64,000 nt of DNA from Candidatus Multivoradales bacterium. Lineage in GTDB: Bacteria; Acidobacteriota; Thermoanaerobaculia; Multivoradales; J023. The notes under the pieces were generated by a model, which made no database searches, was not told the origin of the DNA, and saw nothing but the letters and a program-made list of their open reading frames with translations. The stretch covers positions 992,001 to 1,056,000 of the forward strand of contig CBDFLE010000005.1 in NCBI GenBank assembly GCA_965248925.1, given 5' to 3'. Below, in pieces: positions 47,436-57,200 of the stretch. How positions within the stretch are numbered: position 1 is the stretch's first letter; each line of letters begins with the position of its first letter. The translations under genes and the position numbers were made by a program.

Positions 47436-47903
47436 GTGAAACGAGTACAGCAAATCCTAAGAAGCTTGATGAGTTCGACGCCTGACCTCGAAGGCGCCAC
47501 GGTGGTGACTCCGGACGGCCGAGCGTTGGCCTCGACGTTTCCGGCGGGGACCGACCAGGACCGGGTCTCCGCGATGGCGGCGGCCCTGCTCTCGCTCGGT
47601 GAGCGAATCGCTGGCGAACTCGAGCGCGGCGTGTTGGAGCAGATCTACGTCAAAGGAAGCAGTGGCTACACCGTTCTGATGCATGCGGACGGCGAGTGGG
47701 TCTTGGAAGTAGTTACCGGGCCGCTGGCGAGGTTGGGAATGGTACTGCTCGAAATGGAAGAAGCGGTGCGACATCTCAACGAAATGTCCGACCTGGCCAA
47801 GAGCACCCAGGAGATCGTACTCGCCAAAGGTACCCAGGAACTCTCGATACCTGCCACCAATGCCAGCGACACTGCTGGCACCCTATTCGAATCCAGGTAC
47901 TAA
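47436..47903 (+). CDS. Roadblock/LC7 (MglB-like) protein 1
   Basis: GATVVTPDG..LAS, DRVSAMAAALLSLGER and EQIYVKG motifs. Start uncertain. Confidence 0.85.
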   Translation: MKRVQQILRSLMSSTPDLEGATVVTPDGRALASTFPAGTDQDRVSAMAAALLSLGERIAGELERGVLEQIYVKGSSGYTVLMHADGEWVLEVVTGPLARLGMVLLEMEEAVRHLNEMSDLAKSTQEIVLAKGTQELSIPATNASDTAGTLFESRY

Positions 47904-47922
47904 ACGACAGAAAGGAGATTGC

Positions 47923-48291
47923 ATGGCAACGCGAGCAGAAGCGATGCAGCAAACGCTGAAGAATCTGGTAGCCAACACACCGGACCTAGAAGGTGCCGCG
48001 ATGGTCAGCACTGACGGTCTGGTGTTGACCTCGGTCTTGCCGGCGGGGACCGATGAGGACCGGGTCTCCGCGATGGCGGCGGCCCTGCTCTCGCTCGGTG
48101 AACGCACCGCTGGCGAGTTGGAGCGCGGCGAGCTGGAGCAGATCTACGTCAAGGGAGCCAACGGCTATATCGTACTGATGCAGGCCGGCACCGACACGGT
48201 CTTGGAGGCCATCGCCGGACAGTCGGCGAAGCTCGGCATGGTGCTCCTCGAGATGAAGCGAGCAGCCCACGAGCTTGTCAGGATCGTCTAG
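47923..48291 (+). CDS. Roadblock/LC7 (MglB-like) protein 2
   Basis: AAGGAG RBS; VSTDGLVLTS, DRVSAMAAALLSLGER and LGMVLLEM. Confidence 0.9.
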   Translation: MATRAEAMQQTLKNLVANTPDLEGAAMVSTDGLVLTSVLPAGTDEDRVSAMAAALLSLGERTAGELERGELEQIYVKGANGYIVLMQAGTDTVLEAIAGQSAKLGMVLLEMKRAAHELVRIV

Positions 48292-48296
48292 TAGCA

Positions 48297-48722
48297 ATGC
48301 CTTCCTCGGCCGAGCTGCTCAAGGACTGTCTCTTCTCTCTGACCACCCGAGTGCAGGAGATCCGGGCGCTGTCGCTGGTCGACCGCAACGGTCTGCCCCT
48401 GGTCTCTACGCTGGGCACCGGAGCGTTGGAGGAGATGCTGGCGGCGTTCGGCGGCTCGATCTGGACCCAGCTCGACCGCGCGCAACAGGACTTCCAGATG
48501 GGGCCGCTCTATCAGGCACATATCATCGGACGGGACCGGCAGATCTTTGTCACCCCGATAAATCAAGACGCGGCGCTGGTGGCCATGGTTGAGTCCTACG
48601 CCACCGCGGCCACCATCACCATGCATCTACTGGCCCTTTCCCGCACCGTAGCGCAACACCTACCAGAATCACTGGCCGCCAGCGATGAAGCCGTCGCCAA
48701 CTCAGTGAGTCACAAGACCTAG
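48297..48722 (+). CDS. Roadblock/LC7-like protein 3
   Basis: IRALSLVDRNGLPLVST motif and roadblock-type size and pattern. Confidence 0.7.
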   Translation: MPSSAELLKDCLFSLTTRVQEIRALSLVDRNGLPLVSTLGTGALEEMLAAFGGSIWTQLDRAQQDFQMGPLYQAHIIGRDRQIFVTPINQDAALVAMVESYATAATITMHLLALSRTVAQHLPESLAASDEAVANSVSHKT

Positions 48723-48731
48723 GAGAATTCG

Positions 48732-49292
48732 ATGAAGGCGACTCTGGAGCATCTGATCTCGTTGACCGGTCACACGGAGGAGGACTTCGAGATCCTCGGG
48801 CGCCACGCTGCGATCACGCAGCAGTGGGCCGACGACGCCGTGCAGGCCTTTTACGACACCCTATTCGCCTACCCGCCCACCTCGGTAGTCTTCCGCGAGG
48901 GCGAGCGCCCGGAGCGTGAGGCCACCCTGCGCGCCTGGTACCTGGAGGTCACCAGCGGCACAATCCGCGGCGACTTCTGGAACCATCAGTGGATCGTCGG
49001 CCTAGTCCACATCAAGCGCCAGGTCACCAACAGCTTCATGATCTCGATGGTCAGCCGGCTGCAGCTGGTGTTTCTCGAGAAGTGCCTCGCGACGCTCGAT
49101 CAAGCCGCGGCGGAGGCCGTCTTCGGAGCCTTCAAGCGGGTCACCGACATCGTGCTGGGGCTGATCGCAGAGGGTTACCATCAGGGCTACATCGAAGCGG
49201 TGACCGACGTCACTGGCATGAACGCGGCGTTGATCGACCGCATGGCAGACGTAGCGGTCGACAAGCTGCTTACCAAAGCCCGTCAAGGCTGA
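48732..49292 (+). CDS. Stand-alone protoglobin / globin-sensor domain protein
   Basis: G.TEED...L, AFYDTLF (B10 Tyr), LRAWY and VGLVHIKRQV (proximal His); AGGAG RBS. Confidence 0.8.
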   Translation: MKATLEHLISLTGHTEEDFEILGRHAAITQQWADDAVQAFYDTLFAYPPTSVVFREGERPEREATLRAWYLEVTSGTIRGDFWNHQWIVGLVHIKRQVTNSFMISMVSRLQLVFLEKCLATLDQAAAEAVFGAFKRVTDIVLGLIAEGYHQGYIEAVTDVTGMNAALIDRMADVAVDKLLTKARQG

Positions 49293-49310
49293 GCAGGAGC
49301 CTGTACCGAC

Positions 49311-49838
49311 ATGGCGAGAGGACTCGGGCCGCCACCCTGCGGCGGCACCACAGTGCGCGGCAAGGTCGTGATCCTCGGTGCAGCCGAGGCCGGCAAGAGC
49401 ACGCTCATCACCACCCTCTGCCCAAACAGCATGAACCTCCACGTCGACGGCCGGACGGTGGCGATGGACCATGGCATGCTGAGTCGAGGAAGCAGCTGTC
49501 TCTCGTTGGTCGGTGTCCCCGGGCAACAGCGCTTTGCCGCCGTCCGAGATGCTCTCGTCGCCCACGCGCTGGCCGCGGTCTGGGTCCATGCCGCCGGAGC
49601 GGAGACAGATCTGTCGACCACCGAGCTGATCCGCCGGACCGCTCTACCCTATCTGGTGTACGTCAATCTCCATGGTCGCGGAGGAGGAGAGTGGTTGACG
49701 CCGACGGTGCTACGACGCCCGCGCGCGGTGCTCGTCGGCGACCTGCTCGATCCGATGCGTAGCGAGGTGGACACTTTGAAGATGGGAATCTGGAAGCTCG
49801 CTGCCGAGCTTCCGATCGGCGCCGGCAGCTCCTCTTGA
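49311..49838 (+). CDS. Small GTPase, MglA-like (group with TVAMD / GxPGQxRF)
   Basis: G1 GAAEAGKST, G2 TVAMDHG, G3 GVPGQQRF; G4 is atypical (VNLHG). Confidence 0.75.
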   Translation: MARGLGPPPCGGTTVRGKVVILGAAEAGKSTLITTLCPNSMNLHVDGRTVAMDHGMLSRGSSCLSLVGVPGQQRFAAVRDALVAHALAAVWVHAAGAETDLSTTELIRRTALPYLVYVNLHGRGGGEWLTPTVLRRPRAVLVGDLLDPMRSEVDTLKMGIWKLAAELPIGAGSSS

Positions 49839-49906
49839 AGGAATAGAAGACGCCGGGTTGACGATTCGAGCGGTTTGCGATCTTGTCGAGGGAGGGCGAG
49901 GGTGGC

Positions 49907-50311
49907 ATGACTACAACTAATGACATGGTCGCGAGTCTAATGTCCAACATCCCGCAAATCACCTCTTGCGGAGTCTTGGACTTGGAGACCAGCAAGTGGC
50001 GGCGACTGGTGCACGGACGCAGCGACCCGGAGGAGCTTCTCGACTTCGTGGCCCTTTCGGTCAAGAAGATTTTCGGCGGAGATCGGGTCAAGACCATCAA
50101 GACCCTCCTCGATGAGCACTCTACGAACCGGCCGCGCCAAAGAGAGTTCGAGGAAGTCATCCTGCGGTCGACCAACTTCTTACATGTGTTTCTGCGCCTG
50201 CATCATGAGCCTGGCACTGCGCTCTGCGCAGTGGTGTCGGGGGATGTCAAGCTAGGAATCGTCCTCAATCTGATGCGTACCGCCATCGATCGGGCCGCTG
50301 GCCCGCCATGA
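49907..50311 (+). CDS. Divergent roadblock/LC7-like protein 4
   Basis: CGVLDLET, FEEVILRSTNFLHVF and VKLGIVL motifs typical of roadblock-fold partners. Confidence 0.6.
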   Translation: MTTTNDMVASLMSNIPQITSCGVLDLETSKWRRLVHGRSDPEELLDFVALSVKKIFGGDRVKTIKTLLDEHSTNRPRQREFEEVILRSTNFLHVFLRLHHEPGTALCAVVSGDVKLGIVLNLMRTAIDRAAGPP

Positions 50312-50432
50312 CCTTTCGCCAGGTCGGCGGTGATCCTGCGCCGGCTCGGCAAGAATTCCGGAACTCCCGCGACCCACCGCCGTATCAGCAAGGGATCGAA
50401 CGCCGAGTCCACGCCCGACGCCCCAGAGATCT

Positions 50433-51698
50433 ATGCCCAGCGCCTCAACCACCTACGACGCCGTCGTCATCGGCGCCGGCCCCGCCGGTTCGACCGCCGC
50501 TACACTGGTGGCGAAGGCCGGCCATCGGGTGCTGCAGCTGGAGCGGGCGAATTTTCCTCGCTTCAAAGTCGGCGAATCACTGATTCCGGCGACTTACGAT
50601 GTGCTCCGCCGGCTCGGCATGTTGCCGCGGCTGCGCGGCGGACGTTTCGTCGAGAAACACAGCGTGCAGTTCTACTCCGGTGATGGCCGCGCCGGTCGGC
50701 CGTTCTACTTTCACGAGACCGACCCCAGTGAGCGCTCGCAAACCTGGCAAGTGCTGCGCAGTGAGTTCGATCAAATGATGTTGGAGAATGCTCGCCAGCA
50801 CGGTGTAGAGGCCCAGGAGGGAGTCGGTGTGCGGCAAGTGCTGTTCGATGAGCAACAGCGGGCGGTGGGGGTGGAGGCGCGGTTCGCCGACGGCGAGCAA
50901 CGGCGATTTAGCGCCCGAGTGGTCATCGACGCCTCCGGACAGCGTTCTCTGCTGGCCCGCAAGCTGGGCCTGCGGGTGACCGACGAACGGCTGAAAATGG
51001 CTTCGATCTTCACCCATTTTGAAGGCGGCCAGCGCGATCCGGGAATCGACGAAGGGGCGACTTTGATCTGTCACAGCGAGGGCAGCAAGTCCTGGCTGTG
51101 GTACATCCCGATGCCGGACAACATGGTCTCGGTCGGCGTGGTCGGGCCGATTCCTCATTTGATCCACGGCCGCCAAGGCAATCCCCAGCAAGTGCTCGAT
51201 GAAGAGATCGCCCGCTGTCCCGGAGTCCAACCGCGGCTCGTCGGCGCCCGCCAGGCGCTCGAGGTCAAGGTGCTGAACGACTTCTCCTACGTCTCGAGCC
51301 AGCTAGCTGGCGACGGCTGGGTGCTCGCTGGCGATGCCTTCGGCTTCCTCGACCCGATGTACTCCACCGGGGTACTGCTGGCCCTCAAATCTGGCGAAAT
51401 GGCCGGCGACGCGGTCGCCGCGGCACTCAGCCAAGGAGATACCTCAGCCGCTCGGCTAGGGGGTTTCGAAGCCACTCTGCGCGGTGGCCTGAACGCCTTT
51501 CGCCGCCTGATCTTCGCCTTCTACTCTCCCAAATTCAGCTTCGGCCGCTTCTTGAAGAGGTTTCCCGAACACCGTCCGCAGGTGGTCGACATCTTGGTCG
51601 GCGATGTCTTCGAACGAGACTTCGAACGCTTCTTCCACGACCTGGAAGGAATGCTCGGCGCGGCCACCAACAGCGACAAAGCGGAGATGGACGCTTGA
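50433..51698 (+). CDS. Flavin-dependent halogenase-like oxidoreductase
   Basis: Motifs GAGPAG, FPRFKVGES, FVEK (position of the catalytic Lys), WLWYIP (WxWxIP) and GDAFGFLDPMYSTG. Confidence 0.8.
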   Translation: MPSASTTYDAVVIGAGPAGSTAATLVAKAGHRVLQLERANFPRFKVGESLIPATYDVLRRLGMLPRLRGGRFVEKHSVQFYSGDGRAGRPFYFHETDPSERSQTWQVLRSEFDQMMLENARQHGVEAQEGVGVRQVLFDEQQRAVGVEARFADGEQRRFSARVVIDASGQRSLLARKLGLRVTDERLKMASIFTHFEGGQRDPGIDEGATLICHSEGSKSWLWYIPMPDNMVSVGVVGPIPHLIHGRQGNPQQVLDEEIARCPGVQPRLVGARQALEVKVLNDFSYVSSQLAGDGWVLAGDAFGFLDPMYSTGVLLALKSGEMAGDAVAAALSQGDTSAARLGGFEATLRGGLNAFRRLIFAFYSPKFSFGRFLKRFPEHRPQVVDILVGDVFERDFERFFHDLEGMLGAATNSDKAEMDA

Positions 51699-53059
51699 GC
51701 AACGCGGCCCCGCAGGCACCACTGAAGATCGCCTTCATCACCGCCGGCGCGGCGGGCATGTACTGCGGCTCCTGCATGCACGACAATACTCTGGCTCGAC
51801 AACTGATGGGCCGCGGCCATGATGTCTCGTTGATGGCCCTCTACACGCCGCTGCGCACCGACGAGGAAAACGTCACCCTCGACCGTGTGTTTTACGGCGC
51901 GATCAATATCTACTTGCAGTCCAAGCTGTCTTTCTTCCGCCACACTCCGCGGCTGATCGATTGGTTGCTCGACCGACCCCGTCTACTAGGTTGGGCGGCC
52001 AAGCTGGGCTCTTCGACCGCTGCCTCGGAACTTGGCGACATCACCTTGGCCACTTTGCAAGGAGCCGACGGCCCGCAAGCTAAGGAACTCGATCGCCTGG
52101 TCGCCTGGTTGCGCGACGACCTACGCCCCGACCTGGTCCACCTCTCGCAGACCCTGATGCTCGGCCTGGCACCGCGCCTGGGCGAGGAACTGGGGGTACC
52201 GATCACTTGCGCGCTGCTCGGCGAGGACATCTTTCTCGATGGCCTGCGCGAGCCCTTTCACTCGCAAGTGCTGGAGATCATGCGCCGCAATGCCCGTCAG
52301 GTGGCGGCCTTTATCGCCCCCTGCCAGTATTTCGCCGACTTGATGGGAGAGCAGCTCGATCTGGATGAGACCAAAATCCACCAGGTGCCCTTGGGGGTCG
52401 ACAACCAGGATTTCAACAGCCCGCCACCGACCCCTCGCCCCGTCGACCGCGTCACTCTCGGCTACCTGGCGCGAATGTGCCCTGAGAAGGGTTTCCACCT
52501 GCTGCTCGACGCCTTCCGCCGGCTGGCCAGCGAGGATCCTCGACTCCGGCTCGAGGTCGCCGGCTACCTCGGCGGCGGTGATCGGGCCTATTTCGAGGAA
52601 CAGCGGCGGCGAGTCGCCGCCTGGGGGCTCGAAGATCGAGTGCGATTTCACGGTGAGGTCGACCGCGCCGGCAAGATCCGCTTGCTGCACAGCCTCGACC
52701 TCTTCTCGGTGCCGTCGGTCTATAGCGAGCCCAAAGGACTGTCAGTTCTTGAAGCGATGGCTGCCGGGGTGCCCGTGGTGGTCCCTGAGCATGGCGCGTT
52801 CCCGGAGATCCTCGGCGCCACCGGCGCCGGTTTGCTAGTCGAACCCGGTTCGGTGGATTCGCTGGTCACTGGACTGCGTCGCCTGATCGCCGATCCAGAT
52901 CAGCGCCGGCACCTGGGGGAACAGGGGCGGCGAGCGGTTGAGCACGGAGCCTATGGCGCTTCAGCGATGGCCGTGGCCACCCTGGACGTCTTCCACCAGG
53001 TGCTTGCCACGGGCGCAACCGAAGTCGAACAGGAACTGAGCCTCGGCGCTACGGGCTGA
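51695..53059 (+). CDS. Glycosyltransferase family 4 with N-terminal CxxC motif
   Basis: ARMCPEKG and EPKGLSVLEAMAAGVPVV; N-terminal GAAGMYCGSCMHD. Confidence 0.85.
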   Translation: MSNAAPQAPLKIAFITAGAAGMYCGSCMHDNTLARQLMGRGHDVSLMALYTPLRTDEENVTLDRVFYGAINIYLQSKLSFFRHTPRLIDWLLDRPRLLGWAAKLGSSTAASELGDITLATLQGADGPQAKELDRLVAWLRDDLRPDLVHLSQTLMLGLAPRLGEELGVPITCALLGEDIFLDGLREPFHSQVLEIMRRNARQVAAFIAPCQYFADLMGEQLDLDETKIHQVPLGVDNQDFNSPPPTPRPVDRVTLGYLARMCPEKGFHLLLDAFRRLASEDPRLRLEVAGYLGGGDRAYFEEQRRRVAAWGLEDRVRFHGEVDRAGKIRLLHSLDLFSVPSVYSEPKGLSVLEAMAAGVPVVVPEHGAFPEILGATGAGLLVEPGSVDSLVTGLRRLIADPDQRRHLGEQGRRAVEHGAYGASAMAVATLDVFHQVLATGATEVEQELSLGATG

Positions 53060-53092
53060 AGCGGCAAGACTCAAGTAGGCTACGATCTGCCG

Positions 53093-53527
53093 ATGTATGA
53101 ATTCCGCACTAGTCGCCGGATCGAATTCGCCGATACCGACATGGCCGGCATCGTCCACTTCAGTCGCTTCTTCGTCTTCATGGAAACCGCCGAGCATGAG
53201 TTTCAGCGCTCCTTGGGCTCGGCGGTGCATTTTCAACACGAGGGAGTTGAGATCGGCTGGCCGCGGGTCGAGGCCAACTGCCGCTACCGCAGCCCGGCAC
53301 GGCTCGGCGATGAACTCGATATTCACTTGCGGATCCTGCGCAAGGGTCGCCGGTCGCTGACATACAGTTTCGATATCCGCTGTGGCGAGCGCTTAGTGGC
53401 CGAGGGGCGCTTGTCGATGATCTGCTGTGCCCTCGAGCCTGGACAGCCGCCGCGGCCAGTGGCCATTCCCTCCTTTCTGGCGGAGCGGCTGGAACAAGCG
53501 CCCGACAACGCTAAGATGCAGGCTTAA
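53093..53527 (+). CDS. Hot-dog fold thioesterase (4-hydroxybenzoyl-CoA thioesterase family)
   Basis: FADTDMAGIVHFSRFF...E and YRSPARLGD motifs. Confidence 0.9.
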   Translation: MYEFRTSRRIEFADTDMAGIVHFSRFFVFMETAEHEFQRSLGSAVHFQHEGVEIGWPRVEANCRYRSPARLGDELDIHLRILRKGRRSLTYSFDIRCGERLVAEGRLSMICCALEPGQPPRPVAIPSFLAERLEQAPDNAKMQA

Positions 53528-53537
53528 ACCAACCCAC

Positions 53538-53612
53538 AGGAAAACAAGTGCCAGGAGAACAAGTGCTAGGAGAACAAGTGCTAGGAGAACAAGTGCTAGG
53601 AGAACAAGTGCC
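53538..53612 (+). repeat. 15-bp tandem repeat x5 (AGGAGAACAAGTGCT), each unit a Shine-Dalgarno plus GTG
   Basis: Units at 53538, 53553, 53568, 53583 and 53598; the three middle units are identical. Confidence 0.92.
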
Positions 53613-54297
53613 GCCCACGCCGCAGATCTCGCTCAAGGTTTCCAACTTGTTCAAGGACTTCGCCACCGGACAACAGACTGTCGAAGTGCTGCGAGGCATC
53701 ACTCTTGAAATGCGGGCTGGTCAATCGCTCGCCGTCACCGGGCCTTCAGGATCCGGCAAGAGCACTTTGCTGCATTTGATCGGCACCCTCGATGTGCCCA
53801 GCCGCGGCGAGATCACCATCAACGGTGAGAACCCCTTTGCCCTCAGCGAACCGCGGCTGGCGCGCTTCCGCAATCGCCAAATTGGCTTCGTCTTCCAAGA
53901 CCACCACTTGCTGCCACAATACTCAGTGCTGGAAAACGTGCTGGTACCGACCCTGGCCCACGGTTCGCCGGATGGCGACGCCGAGGATCGCGCGCGCCAT
54001 CTACTCGGCCGGGTCGGCTTGGAGCACCGCCTCCTGCATCGGCCAGGGGAGTTGTCCGGCGGCGAGCGCCAGCGAGTGGCGGTGGCGCGGGCCCTGATCC
54101 AACGACCGGCGCTGCTGCTCTGTGACGAACCCACCGGCAGCCTTGATCAACACACCGCCATGATGGTTGGCGATCTGCTCGCCGAATTACACCAGGAGGA
54201 GCAAAACATTCTCATTGTGGTCACCCACAGCCCGGAGTTAGCACACCGCTTCACCCGCCGCTTCGAATTGCGTGAGGGCACATGCGCGCTACTCTGA
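53608..54297 (+). CDS. ABC transporter ATP-binding protein (LolD/MacB-like)
   Basis: Motifs GPSGSGKST, LSGGERQRVA, CDEPTG and VTH. In-frame alternative GTG starts extend back to 53548. Confidence 0.92.
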   Translation: MPPTPQISLKVSNLFKDFATGQQTVEVLRGITLEMRAGQSLAVTGPSGSGKSTLLHLIGTLDVPSRGEITINGENPFALSEPRLARFRNRQIGFVFQDHHLLPQYSVLENVLVPTLAHGSPDGDAEDRARHLLGRVGLEHRLLHRPGELSGGERQRVAVARALIQRPALLLCDEPTGSLDQHTAMMVGDLLAELHQEEQNILIVVTHSPELAHRFTRRFELREGTCALL

Positions 54298-57200
54298 GCT
54301 TCTACTGGCGCACCCACCTGGCGGTAATCCTCGGCGCCGCGGTGGCCACCGCGGTGCTTACCGGCGCCCTACTGGTCGGCGACTCGGTGCGCGGCAGCCT
54401 GCGCCAACTCACCTTGGAACGCCTCGGCCACATCGACTTCGCTCTGGCCGGCCAGCGCTTCTTTCCCCAGCACATTGTTCAGCGACTGACCGACGACGAC
54501 GATTTCACCACTCAAGTCGATAGCGTGGCGCCGGTCATCCTGCTGCGCGCCAGCGCCCAACACGCCAGCAGCCGGGCGCGCGCCAATGGCGTCGGCTTGC
54601 AGGGGGTTGGCCGGCATGCATTGGCCCTTTTTGACCACGGCCCGGGCAAGCCACAGGCTCTTTACGCCGAGCGCAAACGCAGCCCATTTCCACCCGCGGC
54701 GATCAATCGAACCCTGGCCAGGGAACTCGGCGCCGAAGTCGGTGACGACCTGCTGCTGTCGCTGAAACGCTGGAGCCAGGTACCCACCGGCTCGCTCTTG
54801 GGCCAGAAAGCTATCGCAGATGTGGTCCAGACCCTGCGCCTGCGGGTGGTCGAGATCGTTGCTGACCGTGGCATGGGACGTTTTGCGCTGGAGACCCACC
54901 AAGGCACCACACGCAATATCTTCGTACCCCTGGAGCGGCTGCAGAAAGCCCTCGCCGAGGACGGCTCGATCAACGGTCTGTGGGTCGATGGCAAAGACGA
55001 AGACAGCGATCCCCAGGAGCAAGCCAAGCTCCTCGATGAGACGCTGCGGCGCCAGCTGCACCTGGCTGATATCGGGGTGCTGGCCAAGCCACACGACGCC
55101 GTTGTCACCCTGGAAAGCGAGGAGTTCATCCTCCGCCCTAGCCTGGTCACGGCGGTCGAGCAAGTTGCCGGCGACGCCGCCGTGTTGCCGATCTACACCT
55201 ACCTCGCCAACAGCCTCAGCATCGGTGAGCGGCACCTCGCCTACTCGACCGTCAGTGCCATGCCCACCCAACCGGCAGCAGCCTTCGGCGATTTGCGCTT
55301 GATCGATGGCAGCCTCGCGCCACGGCTAGCGGAGAACGAGATCCTGCTCAACACCTGGGCTGCCGAGGAACTTGGCGCGAAGGTCGGCGACAGCGTCCAG
55401 CTGGACTACTTCGTGGTCGGTCCGCGAGAAGAGCTGCGCGAAGACAGCCACCCGCTGCGTTTGGCCGGCATCGTCGCTCTCACCGGCCTGGGGGCCGATT
55501 CCCGATTGAGCCAGGACTACCCAGGCATTGCCGGCGCCGCCGACATGTCAGATTGGGATCCGCCTTTCCCCCTCGACCTCAGCCTGGTCAGCGACCGCGA
55601 CGAGGCGTATTGGGATCTCTACCGCGGCACCCCCAAGGCCTTCGTCCACCTGGCGACCGGCCAACGGCTGTGGCGCAATCGCTGGGGAGCTTTGACCGCC
55701 CTGCGCCTGGCCCCCTCGGATGGCGACCGCGACGCGCTGATCGGTCGCTTGGAGCGCGAGCTGCCGGCGCTACTTCCTGCCGAGAGTCTCGGACTGGTCT
55801 TGCAACCGGTCAAGGCTCTGGGATTGGCGGCGGCCAGCGGGGCCACCGACTTCGGCGGCCTCTTCGTCGGTTTCAGCATCTTCTTGATCGTCGCCGCGGC
55901 GTTGCTGGCGGCCTTACTCTTCGGCCTCGGCGTCGAGCAGCGAGCGGCCGAGATCGGCCTGCTCGAAGCGGTTGGCTGGACAGTGCGCCAGGTGCGCCAC
56001 CGGCTGCTCGGCGAGGGGCTGTTGTTGGCGCTGCTCGGCGGCCTGCTCGGGCTGGCCGGCGCGGTCGGCTATGCGGCACTGATGATGGCCGCCCTGCGCA
56101 GCTGGTGGCAGCCGGCGATGGGCACCTCGGCGCTCTACCTGCACATCTTGCCGAGCAGCTTGGCAAGCGGCTTCTTGATCAGCCTGGTGGTGGTTCTGGT
56201 GTCGATCTGGTGGACCGTGCGGCGCATCGGCCAAGTGCCGGCAACGCGCCTGCTCAAGCGCTTGGTCGAACCCCCGACAAGCGGCCCGCGGGGACGCCTG
56301 GCGCGGTGGCTGTCGCTGCTGGTGCCACTCGCTCTGCTGCTGCTTGGCTGGGCGGTGAGTAGTGACAACAGCGAGAATCCAGCCGTCTTCTTCACCGCCG
56401 GTCCACTGCTGTTGCTCGGCTTTCTGGCCTGGTTTTCGTTGTGGACCGGGCGCGGTCGCCGCCGGCCGACGGTCGGGTTGCCCTCGCTGCTCAGCATGGC
56501 AGCGGCCAACAGCGGTCGCCAAAGAGGACGTGGCCTGCTCTCGGCCAGCTTGTTGGCGGCGGCCAGCTTTCTCATCGTCACTGTCGCTTCGATGCAGCAC
56601 GACTACCGGCGCGAGGAGCTTGATCGCAGCTCCGGAACCGGCGGCTTTGCCCTGGTGGCGCAGTCAGACATACCTCTGCATCATGATCTTGACAGCGACC
56701 CAGGCCGCTTTGAGCTGGGCATGCCCGACGCCGCCACTCAGCGCCTGGCTGGAGTTGCCATCACTCCCCTGCGTTTGCTGCCCGGCGACGACACCAGCTG
56801 TCTCAACCTCTACCAACCTGGCCAACCACGGATCTTGGGCGTCCCCGACTCCTTGATCGAACGCGGCGCTTTCACTTTCACTCGCCAAGCGACGGCGGTG
56901 GACAACCCCTGGACCTTGCTGCAGCAGGACCTCGGCGCGGGAGTAGTGCCGGCGATTGGCGACTTCGAGTCGCTGTCCTACATTCTCAAAGTCAAGCTGG
57001 GCGAGACGGTGGAACTCGAAGACGAACATGGCCAGCCGTTGCGATTACAGATCGTCGGCATGCTGGCGACCAGCATCTTCCAGAGCGAGTTACTGATCTC
57101 AGAAGCCAACTTGCTCCGTCATTTCCCCAGCCGCGATGGCTTCTCCTACTTTCTTGCCGACGCGCCACGGGAGCGCCGCCAAGACGTGGCTCAAGCGTTG

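Noticed and set aside
53538-53612. Possible CRISPR array
   Set aside because: Units are contiguous 15-mers with no unique spacers, and there are no cas genes.
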